Origin: Chrysomallon squamiferum
Taxonomy: Eukaryota; Animalia; Mollusca
Direction: 5' to 3'
Assembly: GCA_012295275.1 (NCBI GenBank)
Contig: CM022665.1
Coordinates: forward strand, 46,438,001 to 46,502,000
Length of the DNA: 64,000 nucleotides
Shown in pieces: positions 54,861 through 64,000 of the stretch (position 1 is its first letter; each line of letters opens with the position of its first letter). The position numbers and the translations under genes are program-made. Below the pieces are notes generated by a model. The model did no database searches, had not been told where the DNA came from, and was given only the letters and a program-made list of their open reading frames with translations.

Positions 54861-56791
54861 TCATACACAATCGTAGATACTCAGACAGAAAAACAGAAAA
54901 AGAGAGAGAGAGAGACTGACTAACATACATGGATACCCAAATGGCATTAAATTTATACTCTATATATAGACAGGTTAGGGTGTAAAGTCATTTGCTTTAG
55001 AGCCTCGAATCACTCTGTACTAAAAAATCTCTTCCTGCAGACAAGAAAGTAAACATGACAATTTTCTGATACGCTGATTGCTTGGTTGAAAGACAAACAG
55101 CCCAATAGACACATCGAAGTGAATAATAATGAAGGAGACAGAGTTTATTATACAGCAGTATTAGTACATTAATACTTTTACATATCGTAATGTTTGAAAT
55201 ATTGTCTTGGTTATATATGTATGTATGTATGTATGTATCTATGTGTGTATATAACTGATTAAAATGAAAAAAGATTATGATGAATATTTTCTTCTGGTGA
55301 CAGAAATATATATCTACCAGTGAGAGAAAAAAAATTGCTACTCATCAAAAAAAAAAAAAAAAAGAACTTGCAGACGTTATTCGTAAATCATCGTAGGACA
55401 AGATTAAGTCTGAAGACTGAACTAAAACTGCTCACAATTTGTTTAGTCTTCATTCAGACTTTGATTAGATTCGAGTCTACTTCTAGGAAGAAAAAAAAAA
55501 ATAGAAAAGCTTAAAAAAAAAAAAAAAAAAAAGGAAGTTATAAATAACTTGTCGGTTAAATTATATCGAAACTGAGGCAGATATTTAATTAAAAGTCGGA
55601 TGCAGACGGGGACGTTATTTAGGAATGAACTTCAACAGAAGGGCGGACGATAAGAGAGAAAAAAAAAAAAAAAAAAAAAGCACTGTAAGAACTCTATTAA
55701 AATAAAACCTAGACTTATCTTTTTAAAGATTCTTTTAAATTAATTTTCTGGAATTTGCGTAGTGTCAGAAAAAAAAAAGTGAAATAAATAACTGTCATAA
55801 CAACATCGGAAATTCAGGAGTCCAGAATATAACCACAGAAACCCACTATCTAAAACATCTAGTATATATTACGGTATACATATAACAGCGAATTGTTGTG
55901 TGTTTGTTTGTTTGTCCATTCCTTCGACGATGGCTGAAGCACTCGGTTTGTTTAGCCTGAGTCTAATCTTCGACCTTGAACTCTTTCTATTTTCGTTTTG
56001 GTTTGACCAGCACTGCAGTCGAAGCGATTTTTGTAATTAACATTACGGCGACGTCTGCGGACGAAAAGACGTACTGCCCGTCTGTCCCGCAATGATGTAA
56101 AGTGGCTGATTGACCCGTGTACACGATCAGCGGCCTCTTTCGTCAACACCTCGGGGAGTCGGAGTCAAGCACGACGTGACTCGAACAGCATTGATCGTAT
56201 CAGGTAAATTAAAAGTCTTCTCGTCGCTATGGTGCTGGACTGTGTTAACGCGAGAACTGTAGCTAAATAAATAGATGTGTGTTACAGCCGGTTAAACAAG
56301 ACGTTACCCCCCGAAATAACTGTTTGCACACTCGCCGGTAAAGCGTTTAAATGCCAGCCGTAATTACTGGGGTGCCTCGGCGGAATTTACTACCAACTAC
56401 AGCGTCCGTGGGGAGTCAGCCAATCAGTGACAGAGTAAAAGGTCCGTCGGCAAGGGCAATTAACTCTACTAAAGTGTAAATTGTGTTTGTTTAGCAAACT
56501 GTGGGAAGTGACAGACAGAAATGTTGGCTCTCGATTTCGTTGATTACACAATGGCGGAGAATGGCGGAGTTATTTTTTTCATCTGCTAGTTTGTAGTTCT
56601 GGAGACACGGATTGTGTGATGATGTTTTGAATGTTGGTTTCAGTATCAGACAGCCTTGGTTACTGCTGAACCTCAGACATCTCTGGAATTGTCAAGGAAT
56701 TTATGAAAGTCGAAAAACAGTAGTAATAATAATAATTTAAAATGCTGTAATAGTTAATACAACACACACTCATATGATTGTATATGCGTGT

Positions 56792-56823
<32 letters not shown>

Positions 56824-57504
56824 TGTATATATGTATGTATGTATATATGTATGTATGTAAATGTATGTATGTATATATATATATATATATATGTACACTC
56901 ACGATTCTCTTCATTAATAAAGATACCGACACTCAGCATGTAAACCACACAATTATACACATGTACGAACGAACATACATTCATACATACATGCATAAAC
57001 ACACGCACACACACACACACACTCAAACATGTTTGTATACTATGCATATATATATACATATACACACACACAAGCAAACTGAAAAAGAAACAAGTATGCC
57101 TAAATTCACACAGAGAAATGCCTACATATATATATATAATACTAACTATAGGTGTAACAGATTCATCAAAAATTATACCTCGGCTCTAAACGAAAACTGC
57201 AGATGATAAAGATTTCTAAGATTGTTAATTTCGCCAATAACGGTTACTAATTAGTGTTCAGTCGAATTCTTCGTCAGTGTTCGGGATCTGCCCGGATTTA
57301 AGCGAGTTTTAACGATAAATAGCTGAGAGAAATCTAATAAATACTGTCAATAGCAAGACAGAAGTGTCAATCAGCGAGCTCGCGAAAACAGAATTAGCGA
57401 TGACCGCGAAGTACAGCAAAGCGACTGGCTCTACGTACCACGTGTATTATTGGTAAGTACGTTTATAACGGATGTAAGTGATAGATGTGACGCAGAGTAC
57501 TGTC

Positions 57505-57518
57505 GTTGCTATGGTTAC
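57505..57518. promoter_or_regulatory. RFX X-box
   Basis: GTTGCTATGGTTAC, identical to the 14-mer at 6923. Confidence 0.55.
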
Positions 57519-57703
57519 AGAATTCAACGTGGTGGATGTGATACAGTTGTTAATGCTAGAAAAAAAAAAATGTTTAAATTTTGTTACAGGTTATTAATGT
57601 ATGTCGTTGTAGACTTTTTTAATTACAGTAAAATTATGAAATGTTTTAAATCTGTGGTGTGTTTAATGACCGTTATGCATTATTATTTTATTTTATTTAT
57701 TTT

Positions 57704-57738
<35 letters not shown>

Positions 57739-58276
57739 TTATTGCTATTGTTGTTGTTATTATTATTATTACTATTATTAACATAATCTTCATCATCGTC
57801 ATCATCATCATCATCATTTCTGCGAATTTTGAAATACATATCAAACTGTTATATTAGTGTAAATATTATGAATTACTTACCGTTATTTACACTATTGGCA
57901 ATTACCATTATTTAATATATTTGATTATTCACCTTGAGACGGTGTTTATTTATTTGAAACACCATTTCTGGCTTGTGAGTTACAATGGGGCAGCATGTTA
58001 TTAAAACCTCGAAGCGGATATTTCAATATATGCTATTAAATATTATTACCTTTATAACAGATACTTATTACATACAAGTTTCATAATCGCTATAGAAATC
58101 TGATGTGTAACGTTGTGTATTAAACATGTGAATCATTTCTCATAGACCTTCAGTTTACATTATCACGATTATCGAAAAATATTTATTATAAAACTGACAG
58201 ATTATTAAATACTGCTGACAAATGCTGATCTTGAATTTTGAGAAGGGGAGATATGGATCATCATATTTCATTGCAC

Positions 58277-58415
<139 letters not shown>

Positions 58416-59150
58416 TTATATTACTTACTCAGGTGTATTTATTAAGATGTATTGCCACGTACACCTACATCTTAATAACAAAACACTGCACAGTTCTATG
58501 TTTTAAACCGTATTATCTCGAACGTTTCGATTCAAGCTTTTATTCGAATTACAAATATCCTCGTTGATCGATTTTTCGGTTTCAGCAACATTAAGGACAA
58601 TAAAATGTTTCGACATCAACACCGTTCGACTTAAGCCAGTTTCACTTTTGTGCACTTGAACGTGCAAAACTGCGCGTTTATCGGAGCATCTCTTCGACAG
58701 TAAAAATCTTATTAAAAAAAAAAAAAAATATCGGTAATGCATTGAATTCAACCGTGCGTGAATTATAGTAATACAGTCATCAAACGATAAAAAACAAACA
58801 ATATTACCACAATCGTGTCCGTACTCTAACTGTATTAGTGTACTTTACAGACCACTTTAAATTTATTAGATAATGGATGTGTAAAAATTTATCAAATAAC
58901 CGTAGGCAGCCAGGAGAGCTTAAAACAAAAATGTTTGACCGACTTTTCCCCAGATCGGCAGGTTTTGACGTTGGCTACGATGACGGGCCGAGCAATTAGC
59001 ACAGTGCTGGCGACAACAGCCCCGGGACGTCATCAAACGGGCACGGTTACGGATGAAGAGAGAGAGAGAGAAAACGTGAGAGCGAAGAAAAACGTTCGTT
59101 ATTAAAACACGTCACGTTATTTTGACCGATCTCGTGTATTCGGACCAACG

Positions 59151-59417
59151 AGTCCGGCTAATATTTGAACTAAAACGTCAAAAATAAAAATTAAATTAAA
59201 AAATGGCAGATTAATTTTTGTACCAATATTTTTATCGCCACTAACTCCGGCTAAGCTTTGAACTAAAACGTCAAAACAAAAAATGGCAGATTATTTTTGT
59301 ACCAATATTTTTATCGCCACTAACTCCGGCTAAGTTTTGAACTAAAACGTCAAATTTTTTTGTTTTAAATAAATGGCAGATTATTTTTGTTCCAACATTT
59401 TTAACGCCACTAACTCC
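59151..59417. repeat. Three-copy ~80-90-bp tandem repeat
   Basis: tccggctaa...tgaactaaaacgtcaaa...aaatggcagatt...ttgtaccaatatttttatcgccactaac x3 with a variable A/T linker. Confidence 0.92.
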
Positions 59418-59852
59418 CACACCATTTTTTTGTAAATTTTTTTGTTTTATTCAAATAAAACGTCCAGTATCGGATAAATTGAATTTTAAACAAGCGATGT
59501 TATATATCTGTGGCAAAAATACGTGACCAGCTTATAACACCAGTTATCAGTGACACTGCAAAACGTAATTTTCCTCTACATTTACTTAAATGATAACGTA
59601 AAATAAATCAAGTGTAAACAAACTGATTACATACCTGTCTGAAAAGAATTACATAATTAAACAGCCTTATGTCAAACCAATAAATGAGAAATCAAAATCC
59701 GTGTTGAAATCAGTTAAAGAAAAAAATGTACTCTTTATTTTCTACTTAGGATCCGAAAATGCAATGTATCATTATGTGTCCAAATGTACATCTTTATACA
59801 GTTAACATAAAAATTGATATCCCTATAATTTAATTTATTATTTTCCCTGTAT

Positions 59853-59887
<35 letters not shown>

Positions 59888-60187
59888 TGTGTCTGTGTGT
59901 GTACTTGTTTTCATGTGTGAATGAACACAATTTTCTTCTTTTCATCGACGAATTCAAAAATAAAGAAGGTTCATGACTTCATATCCCCAGCAAAAAATGG
60001 ATTTAAAAAAATATATATATTACAAAAAAAAAAAAAAAAAAAATATTAATACTCGTATTAAAAAAGAATTTTCAAAATCATAATCTAAACCACTGGGCAT
60101 AACCCCCTCCCTTTCCCCCAACAAAATCACGGTGAGTGTAAATATTAGCTAAGCACAACAAATCACGTAATCAACTGTGCAGCATAA

Positions 60188-60219
<32 letters not shown>

Positions 60220-61374
60220 CACAAATCAAAATAAAGTGATGTACTGCCACGATTAAGATATATTACATAATTTTGGCCGGGTGCCACAACCTGGGATCGA
60301 TCCTAATACCTCTAGCACAAAAGTGATAATTTCAGATTATTACAACAGATAGATAAGTGGGAAGCGCCTGCAAGGCTGCATATATATTATACTAAGAGAT
60401 TCATAGAGCTTGTCGTTTCCAACAATTCAGTACGTTGTAATCAATAGCACCGACCAATGGTAATTTTTCTCTTTCGTTTTAAGTGCGACAAACATATTTG
60501 TTGGGCAAAACGCCTCATTTCGTTCAGGCCTTCTTTGAACAAGGCTAGGATTGTTGTGAAGATATACACCAATAAGTAGAAGAAGAAGAAGAAGAACAAC
60601 AACAACAACAACAATAATGATAATAAAGATAATAATAAGTAATAATAATAATAACAATAATAGCAACAACAATAACGACAACAACAATGTCGAGAACAAC
60701 AACAACGACGACGACAACTACAACAACAACAACAGTAACAACAACAAGATTAATATTAATAAAGATAATGATAATAGCAAGTAATAATAATAACAATAAC
60801 GAGAAGAACAATAACAATAATAATAATAATAAATAAATAAAATTCACATTTTAAATTTTTTTTCTTTCATTGCAAAGATGATTTAATTAATTTGTAATCT
60901 GGTATTTGCATTTTCTTCTCAAAAGTACATGATGATGATTTCTGATGTTCGACGACGTTGATACTCTACTACCGCGACAACAGCCTAACGTTACTGTGTG
61001 TAACAGAGACACCAGTAATTTATATTGATTTACGAAAAAAAAAAGAAAAAAAAAGACGCGTGGTAAAGGAAAATTAAATTACCACTTACTGCAAATCGTA
61101 ACGAAATTCATACTAGGTACTGGAGTTACCCGAGTATGTCGCTAGAATGAAGCCATATATTATTATTTTATTATTATTGTTATTATTATTATTATTAATA
61201 TTATTATTATTATTGTTGTTGTTGTTGTTGTTTTTAGTATTACAAAAGAATTTCTTTATCTGTCAATATATCAATAAAATAACTGATTAATTAAGTTACC
61301 AAGACCATATTACAAAACTTGAATAAAAGTTAAACAGTAAAAAATGTGTATCAATGAACAGAAATGAGTGTAAA

Positions 61375-61945
61375 TAACAATAACAACAAAAGCAATATTG
61401 TAGAAGTAGTACAAATAATAATAACAGTAGTCGTAATAATAATAGTAGAAGTAGTAGTTCTAGTAGTAGTAGTTGTAGTTCTTGCTGCAGCAGTAGTAGT
61501 AATCATATTTAAATAATAGTAGTAGTAGTAGTAGTAGTAATAAAATAATAATAATAGTAGTTATAGTAGTTGTTGTATTAGTGGTAGTAGCAGTAGTAGT
61601 AGTAATAATAATAATAATAATAATAGTAGTAGTAGTAGTAGTAGTAATACACAAAAATAATAGAAGTTATAGTAGTAGTTGTATTAGTGGTAGTAGCAGT
61701 AGTAGTAGTAATAATAAGATTAATAATAGTAGTAGTAATATTACTACTACTACTATTACTACAACTACTACATCTACTACTAATGATAATGATGATGAAA
61801 ATTGTTGTTGTTGAAGCAGTAATAATAACACCAGTTATAGTAGTAGCAACAACAAATGTAGCACTAACAGCAGCAGTAGTAGTAGTAGCAGCAGCATTAG
61901 TAGTAGTAGTAGTAATAGTTGTAATAACAGTAACAATAAATAACA
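61375..61945. repeat. (AGT)/(AAT) trinucleotide tract
   Basis: Direct inspection. Confidence 0.9.
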
Positions 61946-62449
61946 ACTCGTTAACTCACCAGTCTGCTGAACCGAAACCTGTGAACCACGAGTAAAAACA
62001 TCCAAATTACACTGATAACAATAAACTCTGCGGCGGAATCACACACTCACTCACTCACTCACTCAATCTACTCCACAGCCGTTGTCGTTGTCGTCGTCGG
62101 AAAACGTCGCCGTGTTGCGGTGTGCTGACGTCCAGTAACGACACCAATAATGACGTACGTCCTTCCAAAAAAACGCGGCGTCTTTATGTGATGAACAGCG
62201 AGAGTTGTAAAGAACAAAACGTTACGCACACGTGGAACTGTTCGGAAGAACCGGAGAGAAGCGAATCACTGGCGTTCGTTAACAAGAGAGAGAACGCGAC
62301 CGACTCGAGCCGATGTCGAGAAACGAAAATCAAGAAGCTTTTCTTTTTGTCCACGTGCACAAGGAATCAATGGACGCTGGGAGGCGCGAGAGAGGTCTCG
62401 GGTAAGAGTTCTTCTGCACTCTCGTTCAGCGAGATCTGAACAGATTCCT

Positions 62450-62602
62450 TGCATTCACACACACACACAGCGAGAGAGAGAGAGAGAGCGATATTAATAA
62501 CACGTTTTTTAGTTTTTTGTCGCACTTAATACGAAATTACTGTTGTTATGTAATAACCTAATAAGGATGAAATAGTTTGTTGTTTGAAATAGTTTGAAGG
62601 TT

Positions 62603-62669
<67 letters not shown>

Positions 62670-62870
62670 TTAATAACACGTTTTTAGTTTTTTTGAGGGC
62701 ACTTTATAGGGAAATTACTGTTGTTACGTAATAACCTAGAGAGAAGGATGAAAGAGTTTGATTGTTGTTGAAGGTTGATCAGAGAGAGAGAGAGGGGGTT
62801 TTTAAAACGAAAACTGTTGTTATGTAATAAAAATGGATGAAAAAAAAGTTTTTTGTTGTTGAAGGTTGAT
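62450..62870. repeat. Two to three copies of a ~170-bp unit carrying (CA)n(GA)n
   Basis: gatattaataacacgtttttagtttttt...gaaattactgttgtta(t/c)gtaataaccta...ggatgaaa...tgaaggttg is repeated. Confidence 0.85.
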
Positions 62871-62960
62871 CAACGTATTGGGGAAAATTTTCGTTAAAAG
62901 GGATAAAAATATTTGGTCATGACGAATCGACGTTTTTATGAAAAAGGTATAGTTTGTGTT

Positions 62961-63082
<122 letters not shown>

Positions 63083-64000
63083 TCTGGGTATGTATGTGAG
63101 ATACAGAATATGTGTATGTGTGTGTGTGTGCGTGTGTGTGAAGAAAAAACAAAACAAAAATCACACAAAACATTCTGAATATGAATCTGCGCTTGCTGTT
63201 TGCGTTTACGTCTTGTACGTGAGTGCGCGTGCGTGCGCGTGTGTGGCTGAAGAGAAAAGCAATAAAATAATCACGCAGGTCGTTTTGAATACGAATATAC
63301 GCTTGCTATTTGTCACCGTATTGATCGCTCAGCGCGGTCTCAATCACCAGTTTCTTTTGTTGTCCTACTAGCCCCAACGTGGAATGACATTTACACATTC
63401 ATGGGGAAATCCCGAAATCACTAAATGCCGGTCACTTCTGGAAAGAAAGAAAGAAAGAAAAAAAAAGAAAAAAGAAGAAGAAGAAGCTAAAAGTCCTTTA
63501 CATCCCAGACACGGGTCTTTGTAAACCGGCAGATGATGGCATAATTCTATTCTTGTTATTGCATCCAGCCACTTAGAGTGTTTGCCGTTACACTCGACCA
63601 AATGTCATAAGCACAGAGACACTGTGGAAGGTTAAACTCGAGTTGTGGAGATATGCAGGAGCCGATGTGAATGTTCTGAGCTCATTGAGGAAGTCCAAAT
63701 AAATCAGTTAAATGTCCGATTTCAACTGAATAAATCAAAAAAAAAAAAAACCCCAGCCAAATGTTTTATTCATCTAGTACATCATATTTTCTTTGTGGTG
63801 AAAAAAAAAAAAAAAAATGAAAAAGAAGAAGAAGAAAAAAAAAAAAAAGAAATGATAAAAGAAGTAAAAAAAAGAAAATCGTAAATTTCACACATCTAAT
63901 GAGTACTTTTTTATATTACGTCCAGAAAATAGACGTAGAAATATACGATCATCGTAAATACTGATCAACTGTTCTGAATCCAATAACTTCTACACTCAAC

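Noticed and set aside
63500-63730. Exon-looking unique block near the window end
   Set aside because: All frames from the minus acceptor at 63726 stop early, and plus-strand frames give nothing recognisable

Overview
This is AT-rich, microsatellite-dense animal genomic DNA. The repeat style and mosaic CpG pattern suggest an invertebrate, plausibly a mollusc (inference only). I recognise no protein-coding gene, rRNA, intact tRNA, known miRNA, transposase or CRISPR array, and most listed ORFs are translations of simple repeats. The first ~4.7 kb is CpG-depleted, like a methylated gene body. The remaining ~58 kb alternates low-complexity tracts with CpG-retaining unique blocks that look like a large cis-regulatory or intronic domain. 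That domain holds a CTCF-like motif near the boundary, three full RFX X-boxes, five perfect CRE palindromes, a compact YY1/POU heptamer-octamer/NF-kB element and a posterior-Hox/Cdx-type motif cluster. Splice signals tentatively suggest the 5' end of a large minus-strand gene with alternative first exons; the best candidate exon is 42155-42527. Non-autonomous transposon remnants (an inverted MITE pair, a Helitron-like end, SINE-like heads) and many minisatellites are also present. I cannot support a claim of a new biological system; the findings are candidate regulatory and repeat architectures that need testing.
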